A stretch of 64,000 bases of DNA from Azolla caroliniana. Taxonomy: Eukaryota > Plantae > Polypodiophyta. A model generated the notes under the pieces. It searched no databases, was not told the DNA's origin, and saw only the letters and a list, made by a program, of their open reading frames with translations. A program made the translations under genes and the position numbers. Shown in pieces: positions 26,064-39,041 of this stretch. Location: the NCBI GenBank assembly GCA_043228905.1, contig JBHGNT010000007.1, forward strand, positions 10,726,001 to 10,790,000, given 5' to 3'. The first letter of the stretch is position 1. Every line of letters starts with the position of its first letter.

Positions 26064-29000
26064 TCAGAGTGGTGGTTGATACCTCCAACTTATACCACCA
26101 TTAACCATGCAAAATACCTTCATCCTTTCCCATCTCTTCTTAAAAACCTCTTGCTTTCGAAAGACTACATCTGGATCACCTTTGATAGCATCATATTCTC
26201 CTTTTAGTGTATGCACTAAGGTCATCCAAATCTCCTTGACTGCATCCACGACATTCCATTGAATTTGCTGAAATATCCTTCGACATCTACTAGTCCACAA
26301 AACCCATATAATTATTGAATTAATCGTCTCCCAAACCACGCCATTTTGGACTGAATTAATAGGCATGTATGGCGACATTTCCTCAACATATCAACCTCTT
26401 GTATATAATGCAAAGTTAACATTCTCTTTTTCATAATCTTGTACCTCACTCTTAATATTAGCCCACATAACTACCCCCCATTTATATATTCTAGAGCCAA
26501 AAACCTCATGCAAGAGACGTAAAAATCTTTTACAAACCAATTTGGCAGCCATACATGACCAAAATAGGTGATGAAGAGACTCCACTTCTAAACCACAAGA
26601 ATCACACATCTTATCCACTTCTTTACAATACATCCAAGCCCTACCAGGAACTGCATAATTAACAATCAACCATCTAAATAGAATAATCTTCTTTGGAATT
26701 TGCATAGCCCATAGCCATTTCCAAAATGTTGTCATGTGAGTAGGATCCACATTATAAGTCAACCATTTTGTTGTTGTTGTCAGTCAATGGGGTACCCTAC
26801 GTCTTATCATCTCCCTTCCCAATCAAACGGAATACTGAAAAAACGGAATTGGCATAACATCCTCCCCAGAATATAATGTAGGTAGCCACTTCCATTCTCC
26901 TGGGTCCCAATCCAATTCACATAATGGTTTTCTCCCCACTACCCATAGATCCCACCATGGATGCACATAATTAGGATTAGGGTCAAGAACTCAGCCCTTA
27001 TCTACCTTAGCTAGAATTCTAATGGGATTAAATATAGCCTTAGCCAAACATTCATCTTCCCGGGTAATCATCCCTAATCGTCCATCCTGTAGAACATCAT
27101 AACTTAAGAAAGTACCATCATCTCTAAGGCCACGAACTCCTAGTAAAACCTGAAAATTCGAAAATAATCCCATTCACTTATGACAATTAGAAAGTATATT
27201 ATCCTACAAGGGTAACTGCAACCTCCTTAACTCATCAACTATCACCTTTCCTCCTCTTATTCCTCTACATTCTTGTTGAATAATATGAGTAGGGTTGTGA
27301 ACAAACTGTTGCCAATTACTAAGTGATGAGGCAAAAGATGAGTCCACTTGAGCCCAATTTAATCTGACTCTCCTCCCCAACATAGACCCTTCAACATCTA
27401 GAAATAAAGGATTCCAAACCAATGGCTGATGTAACCATTCATCCACCGAAGTGAGACGGACTTGTTGCAAGTTATCCTTTATGGACCACCAGGCTCACTT
27501 TATCGCAACGAAGAATCTATCATTTTGAAACACTATCTTATGCGAATGAAAGTTAGGAATAAACCACCATCGGAGAGACCTTGTCCATTCACCTCCAGTT
27601 TTCGGGAAGACCTCTTTCATTCTCAATTGAAGAAGCATCTTCCATGGCTCATTTCCTGGCAGTAATCCTCGTACAATAAATTTTGCCAATAATGCCTTAC
27701 ATTGTATCAGAGGATCCACCAAACCTAAACCCCCTTGAGAAAGTAGTCAACACTATAATAGTTTTCCAAGCTACCTTTGGTTTAACATAATTAAAATCAG
27801 TAGATTCCCATAAAAAATTCCTAATCAATCTCTGTAACTTTGATAACAATGATCTGGAGAATAACCAAGAGGATAGAATATACCACATTGAGGAGAGTAA
27901 TACTTTATTAGAAATAACTAGCCTCCCAACAAGTGACAAATTCTTAGAACTCCAAAAGATCAATTTCTTCCTCAAAGAAAGCAATAATGGTTGTATATGA
28001 GCTTCTGGAGGAAGATTAATTCCCACTTGGCATCCTAAATATCTCACAAGAGAGCCCTTTGGTATCTAACACAATCCACTATTTGGACACCAAGTAGGAG
28101 TAAGACCTTCCCCAACCCAAAATCCCACTGATTTATGCCAATTGATAATTGCACCTAAAGCATCATAGAAATCATGGATCATACTTTGCACATTACAGAG
28201 ATTTCTGTCATCTCCTACAACATATAGTGTTGTGTCATCTGCAAATTCACAGTCTAACACAACCTCCTCCACACCTGACCATTGTATTCCTTTAATAGGT
28301 AACCTATTCTTATATAAGAATGCACTAAAGGCTTCTCCCACTAATAGAAATAAATATGGAGCCAAAGGACATCCTTGTCTCACCGATCTAGTAATCGGAA
28401 AAGTATTATCTAGTGCTCCTCCAACAAGAACACAACTAGCTGCTGAATTATATAATGCAAAAACAACTTTGAAATAGTCACTTGGAAGACCTAGACGACC
28501 CATAACTTCATATAAGAAATTCCAATCGACTCTATCATATGCTTTCTCAAAATCCAAAAGCAATATTGTCAATTCTTGTTTTGTTTCTTGCGCTATTGCT
28601 ATCATCTCCCAAAACATGAAAATATTATCAAATATACTCCTTTCTTGTATAAAGCCTGTCTGAGTTTTATGCACAATATGTGGAAGAAAAGGTTGCAGAT
28701 GTGTCGCTAATAATTTAGCATAAACTTTAGACACAGTATTTAAAAGAGTTATAGGCCTCCATTTCTTAATATCATCCACCACACCTTCTAATTTTGGAAT
28801 CAAATAAACCATTCCTTCATTCCATTCAACGGGCATCCTTCCCAATTTAAAAACTTCTTGTAAAGAGGATGTGAAAACATCGGCTATATCATCCCAATAT
28901 TCCAAAAAAAATTATGGTGATAATCCATCATTTACTGGGCATACATTCTTCCCAACAGCTACTAATGCAACTCTTACCTCTGCAAAAGAGATTGCCTTAA

Positions 29001-30300
29001 CCAATGCTTTGGCCATCTCATTTGAGACCTTATGTTCTAGATAGTCCAAAACTATTTTCCTTTTTTGGAGTTGTTGAATTGAAAATTGTTGGGTATTTAG
29101 TAGATTTTTATAAAAGGACGTAGCAATGTCTCTCATTTCATTAATGTCTTTCGTAATAGACCCATCTTCCCTTTGAAGTTGTCTCATATAGCTACTTGAA
29201 TGACCACCTTTATAATGTGCGAAAAATTCGGCATCCACATTATCACCTAATCTAGCCCATTTCGCACCAACAACATGAAACTTTGTTTGAGATATCTTAT
29301 CTTCTAAATTTGTTAGGTCATTTCTTAAGTGACCCAATTCCATTTCAAGGAAAGATGCATGTGGGCATTTTTCTTGAAAATGTTGAAGAGACTTCAAAGC
29401 CCTCCGATTAGCAGCCATTTGTAACTAACATTTCTCCATAGTCTTCAATACTTACAATTTAAGAAATTTCGATGTACTCTGAATAACAGATTTAACCTTT
29501 TGCAAGACATTTTCGGAATCTGATGTATTTTGCACTTTCCACATCTGTAAAATATCATGTCTAAGAGATGTATCTAAATAAATCCATTTTGGAATACAAC
29601 CACAACTATTGTTATGATATGGTTGTTTTCCAACAACCATAATCACGGGTGCATGATTTGAGAATAAAGAGCCTGATACAATACCAATCTCCCCACCCTT
29701 TCCAACAAAAAAATCATCAATGTATATTCTATCCAACTGTGATAGATTTACCCCTTGTTGTTTTCTATGTGATCAAGAGAAACTTAATGAATCTTTTAAT
29801 CGAGCAAAAGATGTAACATGCCATGCATCTTGCAATTTGAATGATAGACATAATCTTTCCCAAGTTATCAACTCAAATGCACTTATCAAAGCATGAGATC
29901 CTCCAGTCCTATCACCAAAATCCTCAATCATATTAAAGTCACCCATCATACACCAATGATCCACTGACGGTAAATAAATTCCTACCTTAAGCCAAAATTC
30001 CTTTCTAGCCCCACTCGAATTTGCAGCATAAATATTAAGAAAGCCCAACTTATGGTCTGAGAACGATAGGATGATGTAATGAGCTCTTCCATCGACCAAT
30101 ACATAACAATCTAGCATCAGCTGACTCCATTTCTCTGCTAAGGCTATACATAAACCACCATGTTTGTTTTGATTGCCAATCGCAGGATTCCAATAGTATT
30201 TCCAATTTCCTTTCAACATGTTCCCATATGTATCTATTCTCTTATCTGATAGATGAGTTTCTTGTAAACAAATCATATCATAGAAACCCACATTAAACTT
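26064..30300 (-). pseudogene. LINE ORF2 (AP endonuclease, RT, zf-RVT), disrupted
   Basis: ICLQETH, GDFN, WRPITLLN, LDFEKAYDRV, RQGCPLAP, FADDT and C..C..ESLHHLFWSC. Confidence 0.9.
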
Positions 30301-31598
30301 ATGTAACTCTTGACGAACTCTACCTTTAAATTAAACTCACTCTCAAAATACTTTGCCCTTGATATAGTTATACGGCCATTGTAATTATGCGTATCCTCCC
30401 TTGATGAATGACAAATTTCAGTAGTCACAATTTGCAACAAGTTAACATGCTCTCCACTTTTTTCCACATTAGAGTCTTCCTAACGGACCGTGTGATCTTC
30501 CTTTTCTGCATATACAAGTAATGGCAAATTTTCATCTCCCTTCATCCCTAAATCCTCATTATTGTGGGCCAAGGTACGATTATCCTTGGTATTTACCTCA
30601 CCTACCAAGGAGTGTAGTAAATTATTACCACATGTATTTATTGAAGAAGTAGAGAGGTCACGATCTATAATTTGATCCATATCAATTTTATGTTTCATAA
30701 TGGAAGCTCCATCTACCTCCTCAACCAAAACATCATCCAGTGGCAATGTTTGTGTAAGATTCTCAATGGATCCAAATCTATTCCTTGTTGTAACCCATTT
30801 ATTAGAATGATTCACTTTTTTTGCAAGAATACCTTTTCCTTTTCTCACTACAGTCCACTCATCCACCACATCTATCACCCCCTTTTCTTTTAATTTTTCC
30901 ATACTATTTACATTAGGTGCATTTTGCCATATACAATCTTTTGCCATTTGCCCAATTTGCCTACATTTGAAGCACTGATTCGGCAATCAAATAGATGTGG
31001 GAAGAACCATATTACTATGACCTAACAATCGCACTATTGGTGTATTTTGGTTTTTTGAATTAAACCTATTAATTTCTACCTCATCATCTATCAAATGCCC
31101 AATTGTGGCCGAAATCTCATTTATTACTGGTCGCCACTCTTTAGGTAAGGCCGGGAACATTACAGAGAAAACAAATCGCCTAGAAATTGTGTCTCTTAAG
31201 TCATCTAAATCGAATCTCGCATACCATTTTAAAAATTGCATCCATATTCCTTTTATCTTAACACTACCCATCAGAAGCAATTTATCCACCATATTACCAC
31301 TATTAAATTCAATGTGGTAGCAGCCCTTACCGAGAAATTGGATGTCGATTATTGGTGCTAACTCACCTTGCAACTGAGCTTGTAGTAGATGACGCAACTC
31401 AACCCGATTTGGACGACCTCCGACAACATAAATAACAATTGAATGTTGTTGAAGGCGATCCACCTTTGCATGTAACTTCTATTCTGCAGCAATAGAGAGA
31501 CAAAAGTCCACCATGAGATCTGCGACTGGAGAGGAAGCGAAGGGCGGTGCACTGGAGTCCCTTTTGTGTGTTGTCGTAGCATCGAACGTGCTCGTCAT
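30300..31598 (-). pseudogene. LINE ORF1 (RRM/DUF4283-like domain plus zinc knuckle), disrupted
   Basis: IQFLGKGCYHIEF and CFKCRQIGQMAKDC; probable ATG at 31598. Confidence 0.8.
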
Positions 31599-32162
31599 AT
31601 TCTCTGTTTCGACTTCCAAGCTTAGCGTTTCCCAAGTTCGTGGTTATTGTCTGGATGTGCAACATGTTCATGAGTTTCCCTTTCTGCCCGACGTGGCTGA
31701 GGGGAACTTCGCTGACATGTTCGATGGTATGCGGAGTGTCGTCTCTCGTTTCGACCACTCCTTGTTTTTCTGGTTTCTCCAAATAAGAGAACCATTCCTC
31801 ATGACTCGTCATATGATTCGCCGCTCCGGAATCAACATACTACACCTCGCTTGGTTTCGAGGTGTTCACGACCATCGAATTGGCTTTGTGCTTCATTACG
31901 AAGGCTGGGCCTGATCCATTTCCAACTCGTTCGGAGCCCTCGGTGTAGTGCGATTTCTGACGCCTTCGTGCGTCTCTTCCACTCGATCCGGCTTTGTCCG
32001 AATCGGCTCTCTTCTTCCAACACTCGCTCTCCCTGTGGCCTTTTTTGCCACAATACTAGCATTTCGTCACGGCCTTCTTTTGCAGGCTTCTAGCTCCGCT
32101 ATGACTCCCCCTACTTCCAAAGGGTTTGGAATTTCTTCCGGCATTTCAATTATGCCACACGT

Positions 32163-32895
32163 TGTCGTAGTGTATTTCGTACACTGTGTGAAAAACTTAT
32201 AAAGTACCGATTTAATAAATATGAATAAATAGTAGAAAATATTAAAATATATATAACATGCATAAGGCAAGATTCAAACCTTGCACCTCCATGTTAACAA
32301 TGTAATGTCTTACCATTGCACTAACATTTCATTGGTGTTAAAAAGTAGATGTCCCAAATAGAAACGTAAGTTCACGTAGGATAAACTTTAGTTAAAAGAA
32401 AAACGCATGCTAAAAGAAAAAGCTACGCATGCACATCTAGCGTGCATGAACGCTATAGTCGATAAAAAAAACGCACAAGTTAGAAAAAGCATGATCACTT
32501 TAGATAAAGCATATAGTCTATCTATAGGAAAAGCATGGAGTCTATAGTTAGAAAAAAAAGCATGGATTACTAAGACTCCCTTATCACTACATAAGGATGG
32601 GGAGCACAATGTAAAAGGAGTGTGAAATGTTTGGGAAATTGGATATATTTCCTAAAACACCAATAATAAACTATATTCGTGGGATTCAGGAGATTTCTAT
32701 ATCTTTCTCTATCAATCTAAATACATATTCTTACATAAATATTAATCAATAAAATACATTATACTTGTGGGATTCACAAGTTTCTAATAATCTATTCATA
32801 ATTAGAATCGTCTCAAATTCTTCCTCTTCCTAGTCCAAAACCCTAGCGGTTCCCACCCGACTCACGCAAACGATCTGACGTTGAAAGGCACGACA
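32163..32895 (+). mobile_element. Solo LTR (733 bp), gypsy type
   Basis: TGTCG...CGACA termini with perfect 4-bp TSD acgt, inside copia gag. Confidence 0.9.
32266..32325 (-). other. Degenerate tRNA-like Pol III A/B-box segment inside solo LTR
   Basis: Minus strand TAGTGCAATGGTAAG...GCAAGGTTTGAATCTTGC, with a GCAAG/CTTGC stem. Confidence 0.6.
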
Positions 32896-33624
32896 ACGTT
32901 ATGCTCTTTTCGACTGCCTACATTGCGTGTTGATCCGTCTCGTTCGCCACGACCACGGGGCCTATCTTCCTCCATGTATAGCATCCTATTGTCGGCGTGC
33001 ATACTCATCGACACACCCGCTTGATTTTCCTCCACGAGCAACATCGACTAAAGCTCGAAGAATGAAGACATATATCTCCCTTGTGTAGACTGCCGTTTGG
33101 AATGCTCAGAACGTCCACGCTAACCCTCCAAGACAAACCTGCACCATTTCATCCTCCTTTACGTTCACATTGATGGAGGCAAGAGAGTCGTAGATCTCCT
33201 TCATTCGGGCCATGTAATCGGCCACAGACAGATCTTTCTGTCAGACATTGCTGAGCTCCTGCCTGAGTTGCAGCTTCCTGGCCGTTGTGCTAGCGGCGAA
33301 AATCCCCTTGAGATTCGCCCACGTGTCCTTCGGCGTCTTAGCATCCCGAATGTAGCACGGTTTTACGCACCCAGTCTACGCACTAGGTTACACACCCAAT
33401 GTTGAGCTTTTCTCTCAGACAAAAGTACTATCAGTACTTTAATGCTCATGAATGAGCCTAGCACTCATGTGCCTATAATATTCTTATTTATTAAACTAGG
33501 AATATAGGCCCCTAACAACCTGTTGGATTCCATGTAACTAGACCTAGCCAATCGGTCTTCATCCGATCCGGCTCTCGGCCTCGTCAGCCGATCCGGCCCA
33601 TGTTGAACTATATAATGAGGAAAT

Positions 33625-33845
33625 ACCTATTATCCATTCATGATAGAAACCAAATCTAGCCAATGCACCTTGCAAAAAATCACAATCAACATCGTCATAA
33701 TCTTTCCCAAAATCGAGCATTGCAATTGCCAACTTTTGTTTGGAGTTGGATATTAGTATAGCAGATTCCCAAATGTAGAAACATTATCCAAGATATTTAT
33801 TTCTCGAGTGAAACTTGTTTGGGTTGGGTTAATAACTATGTAAAA
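33625..33845 (-). mobile_element. Short LINE RT fragment
   Basis: Minus strand AIAMLDFGKDYDDVDCDFLQGALARFGF. Confidence 0.65.
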
Positions 33846-33852
33846 GTTCACA

Positions 33853-34275
33853 TGTGCGGAAGCTTGTAAGTTAATAGACACAGTCGACTTGGCCAAACAA
33901 GTTTAAAAAAAAGCAGTTAGGAATACACAGAGAATGAATGAAGTACACAAAGAGAGAAGGATGGAGTTAGCATACAACAAGAAAATTTCTATTCAAAATG
34001 TTCTCAGTACAAACAAATGTGCTCATAGAGCACTTATATACAAGTCCACTATCAGGGGCTAACACAAGTACTAACAAGTACTTGAATGCTCTTCAATGAG
34101 CCTTTGACACTAATTGCCTATTATATTCCTTTTTCTAAAAACAGGAAAATAGGCCTCTGACAGCCCGTTGGCTTCCAACTGATCCTTCTTTCAGCTTCGT
34201 TAGTCGATCTGGTATCCAACCTTCAGTTGATTCGGCATATTGAGCTTGTCACTTAGTAGCCCCCCTCAAGCTCAA
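33853..34275 (-). mobile_element. Probable copia-type LTR (33853-34251) with adjacent PPT
   Basis: TG...CA ends, TTGAGGGGGG upstream on the minus strand, and similarity to the 33420-33560 remnant. Confidence 0.6.
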
Positions 34276-34779
34276 CTTGAGGTTGTCGTTCGCCCCAACC
34301 AATCCTTCGCTCCGGGTCCTTCTACCATATGTGTCTCATTGTAGTTTCTTAGATTGTGACCCTCATGTACTCCCTATATAACTCCACCCATGGGGTATGA
34401 ATGAGATATAAAAGAAGTTCCTTTCTAAATTTCTTTGTGTGCCTCTCTCTCTACCCCTCACGTTAATATATCTTTCTTTCTTTCTACCCCTCACGCTAAC
34501 CCCCTTGGGAGGGGGATGGCTCCACCTCCCACCCATCAACACGGGTAAATCACCTCTATTCAGTCATATACACAATTGAGTAGGTATTCAGATGACTTAC
34601 TTCTTTTACAACAAGGCTTCTTCATCAGGCATGAAGACGCCGATGATATCTGACCATTCAAGAGTTGTTCGGGCGTTGCATCAAAGTTCCCCTGGAGTGT
34701 CACATTGGCCATCTTGCAAACGTCTTGTTGTACTTCACCTTGTTTTGCTCTATGTTTCTCTCAGATAATTGATAGTTTT

Positions 34780-35520
34780 GTATATTATTAGTGCTAGAAA
34801 TTCTGTTGATGAGGAATCACACCGAGGTTTTGTATGCTTGAAGTTCCTATGTTATATCTATGGTCTCAATTGCAAGAATAGTTTGCTTTGCAATGCTCAA
34901 TACTAGATTTGAAAAAGATTATGCTTGATTCGACAATTGCAGGCAATAAAAGCCTTGATAGAGTAACTTAATTGATAGGTATGCATGGATGGTAAAATGG
35001 GTTTGTAAAGAATGGGGAATCACAAGATCCAATAGGTGGTTGTAGAGTGTGGTACGAATGGGGTGGTAATCTTGTCCTCCATTCAAAGCTAAGATGTTTA
35101 TTTGGAGGGTCATGGTGGGTGGATTACCTTCAGGAGCTGCTTTGAGAAGACAAAATATTGCTTTTGGAATGTGCTTCTTTGCATAGTTTTAGAGTAACAT
35201 AATCGATATCGACTTATCAATTGTCCAACGACAATAGCTATTTGAAAATTTATATATACAATGTGGGCTTGTATAAGTGAAGTATTGGAAATCCTCTCTT
35301 CAAAGGTTGTTTGGTCATGTGGAATCGAGAATGCCTTCTGCACATTTTAGGATTGTCTTCCAATATTGAAGGTATAATTGGGGATTATGTTATAATTCGA
35401 GTATGCAAAACGCCTTTGTTTCTTATAGCGAATATGAGGTTTGAAGATGCGCTCAACGATTAAAAGGCATATATCAATATGGAAGTTCTCCTTATTGGAC
35501 AATGGAGACTTCAAAGAAAT
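34780..35520 (+). pseudogene. Possible highly decayed PPR gene remnant
   Basis: Only scattered PPR-like peptides (WNVLL, GLCYNSSMQNAFVS, FEDAL). Confidence 0.3.
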
Positions 35521-35623
35521 TGCCACGAGGGGTACTCAGGAATCGTAGGTTGGTAACGCATCATGTCCGTGATTTGCATTGGCTTTTATCACATGGGATC
35601 GATGAATCATCGAGTGAGCAACG

Positions 35624-35624
<1 letters not shown>

Positions 35625-35658
<34 letters not shown>
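35625..35658. repeat. (ATCT)n microsatellite
   Basis: Direct reading. Confidence 0.9.
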
Positions 35659-36180
35659 GTGGAGATGAGGGATGTCATGGGAACCTTCATTGATTTTGTG
35701 GTATTCTCTTTCATCCATTGTGTACATTTGTCAACTTAATACACACATTATAGTAGTTTCCCGGAAGAGAGAGAAAGAGAGGGGATGTTTTTTGTAGAAT
35801 GCTGATATTCTCTACAGATATTCTCTATATCAATATATGTATATATATATATATATATTCCCTTTGGAATGGATGCTACAGAAATTGGGTCGGTTATGCT
35901 ACAGAAATTGAGATGCGACGACACATGAGTGCGTACATGAATGAGGAAGCGAAGGGCAGGCCGAGGCTCTTGTCTTTCGCTTTCTCTTTGTCTTTTGCAC
36001 ACCAAATCTTTCCAAACCCCAAAAGATTCCTTACTTCCTCCATAGAAAATGCATGTTCTGCTCACCTGCTTTTGACCTCCTCCTTCACTCTCTTGTTCTT
36101 ACGCCTTTCCTCTGCTCTCTTCCATCAAAACCCTACCCCACCCCACCATTGCTCATCATCATCTTTACTTGGACTTCTCC

Positions 36181-36213
36181 CTCCTCTCAACACACACACA
36201 CACACACACACAC
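36181..36213. repeat. CT/(CA)n microsatellite in the putative LAX 5' UTR or promoter
   Basis: Direct reading. Confidence 0.85.
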
Positions 36214-36379
36214 AGATCCATCACTTCCACTACTACGTAGACTTAAACTATGATGATGAATGAATGAATAGATACGTTCCTGTGCAAGGATCAGCTACCC
36301 TTTTTCTCCTAAAACTCTATCTAGCATACACCATTGCTTACTACATTAATTACTTAGTACCCAATTTCTCATACTTGAA

Positions 36380-36631
36380 ATGGGTTCTGATCATATAATC
36401 AAGGACGTGAATATAGAACCTGAACAGGCTATGGTGGGTATAACCTACCGACCAATGGCACAATTGCAATTGGATGGGCATGAAGAAGTAGAAGACGAGT
36501 TAACCAGTGTGGTCAACAGCACGACTAACAATATTGTGTCATTAACGAAAGGGCGGAATCTATTGATGAAGAGATTCTTATGGCACGGAGGCTCTGTTTT
36601 TGATGCCTGGTTCAGTTGTGCTTCAAATCAG
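36380..36631 (+). CDS. LAX: AUX1/LAX exon 1
   Basis: ATG ...CASNQ|gt. Confidence 0.9.
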
Positions 36632-38997
36632 GTTTCCGTCGAAGATATCCATGTTTCCCAGCGGATTATGTTGTTGTGACACACAGATTCTTGTTTATAC
36701 GTTGCTCATTGTTTTGTATTGTTTTGTTTTTTTTAAACTTCTGTTGGTGGTGGATCATGGCAGGTTGCACAGGTGTTGCTCACACTCCCCTATTCCTTCT
36801 CTCAACTGGGGATGGCATCAGGCGTGTGTCTCCAAATCTTCTATGGATTGCTGGGGAGTTGGACTGCTTACTTGATCAGTTGCCTCTATGTGGAGTACAG
36901 ATCTAGAAAGGAGAAAGAGAATGTCAGCTTCAAGAATCACATCATTCAGGTACAAATCATCTTGCTCTATATGTTATCTATTTTTATGTATTCTACAGAT
37001 AAATGCATGCATAAATTCATATTCAATGTCCTATGCCCATGTCCTAGCATTTCCAATGCTCTTCTCTAAACAGTGGAAATGCTCAGACTCCTAGTATTCC
37101 AACTTGCTTCCCCCCCACACATTACCCTCATCTTTGAATAGTCGTAATCTTGGTATAAATCCTGTTGTAACTTGTTTCTGAACATCTTTATTGACACCCA
37201 CTTCTTTGATTGCATCTCTACCGATTAAACCCACATAATGTAAAGCATGGCCTTTGATACATCATGTAAAATCGTTAAGCATGTCTATCAATCACAAGTT
37301 CATCTGACATTTTTGATTTCTAAGGTTTCTAATCACTAATATAATGCATTTGTAGGAACCTATGCATATAATTTTCATATATTTATGCACATGGTTTCAT
37401 TTCTTAAGCGCTCAGTACTTTTGGACAGTGGTTCGAAGTGTTGGATGGCCTTCTCGGACCCTATTGGAAAGTTGTGGGGCTTGCCTTCAACTGCATATTC
37501 CTTTTGTTTGGATCTGTGATTCAACTCATTGCATGTGGAAGGTATCATACGTTGGAAATCAGTTAAGTCATGTCTTGTAGCTCACTCTCTCTAATTTGGT
37601 TGCTTCTTTTTTTGACTCTAGCAACATATACTACATCAGTGATCATTATGATAAGAGGACATGGACATATATATTCGGAGCTTGTTGTAGCCTAACGGTT
37701 TTCATACCTTCGTTCCATAATTACCGTGTGTGGTCTTTCTTGGGACTTGGTATGACAACATACACGGCATGGTATCTAACTATAGCAGCTGCCGTACATG
37801 GACAGGTAACTAGGGTGTTATTTACTAATAAAAAAAACCCCTAAGATTATTAGGCTCACACTCCCTTGATCATGTAAGAGACGACCTAGTAAGCACGACT
37901 AATCAATACAAAACATGTGGAATATTAGAATCTTAAGGATGATCTAGAGTAGTTGAGGCCGATTAATGAAGACAACTTGATGGAAAGTTCCATCATACTA
38001 CATAGGGGGGGAAGTGCATGGTAGGAACTAATCAATCTGACACAACTTTTGTCAACATTGTAACAGGTTTTGAATGTAAAGCATTCCGCTCCCTCCAAGT
38101 TGGTTTTATACTTCACCGGGGCGACGAATATTCTCTACACGTTTGGTGGGCATGCTGTGACAGTGTATGGTACAAATTTGCATTTAACATGCTTCCACTC
38201 GGCTGAAAAGTGAGATTAGGGAGTGCAGGAAAGGGATGATCATAATAAATATCTAAGAAATGAGCATGTGTGTGTAGGGAAATAATGCATGCAATGTGGA
38301 AACCTAAGAAGTTCAAAACTGTGTATTTCACCGCTACTTTGTATGTCTTCACATTGACATTACCATCTGCTATCACCATGTACTGGGCATTTGGAGATGA
38401 GCTTCTGGATCATGCAAATGCACTTTCACTGCTCCCCAAGACTGGTGCCCGCGATTTGGCGGTTGTTCTCATGTTAATACATCAGGTCCATCTTTTAATC
38501 TCAAACATATCATCTGTATGTATAATAACATCACAAGTATTCCACACCATCAGGTTCATGCTATGAACAATCATACCTTTATTAATGGAGTAAAAGTGGG
38601 AAAGTGACACACACACACACATATATATGGTCAAAAAACTTGTGAGATTCCTTATAAGCAAAGACTTTATGCCATCAATTTCTCATTTAATTGCAGTTCA
38701 TCACATTTGGTTTTGCTTGCACTCCCTTATACTTTGTTTGGGAGAAGGTGACCGGATTCCATGACACAAGTCGAAGCATCCTGATCCGGGGCCTAGTACG
38801 TTTTCCGGTGGTTCTCCCAATTTGGTTTTTGGCAATAATTTTCCCGTTTTTCGGCCCAATCAATTCAGCGGTCGGCTCTTTACTAGTAACTTTCACTGTA
38901 TATATCATACCAGCATTGGCACACATGATGACTTACCGAACAAGCATTGCAAGAGAGGTAATGTTAGTCTAAAGATATTGTCCATCCACATGCAAAC

Positions 38998-39041
<44 letters not shown>

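Larger units (their letters stand above)
25440..31635 (-). mobile_element. Full-length L1-clade LINE with 3' transduction and (TAAA)n tail
   Basis: TSD gttcgtggtt at 25430-25439 and 31636-31645; tail at 25440-25461; ORF1 and ORF2 both present. Confidence 0.9.
21760..33605 (-). mobile_element. Degenerate Ty1/copia element interrupted by a LINE (25440-31635) and a solo LTR (32163-32895); probable LTR remnant at about 33360-33605
   Basis: RNase H 22199-22777, RT about 22900-23900, integrase 24482-25252, protease and gag 31636-33357. The ITTNLVSVGQ peptide is split by the LINE. Confidence 0.85.

Noticed and set aside
35748-36263. ORFs of 105-154 aa upstream of LAX
   Set aside because: They run through microsatellites, start at non-ATG codons or have no recognisable domain.
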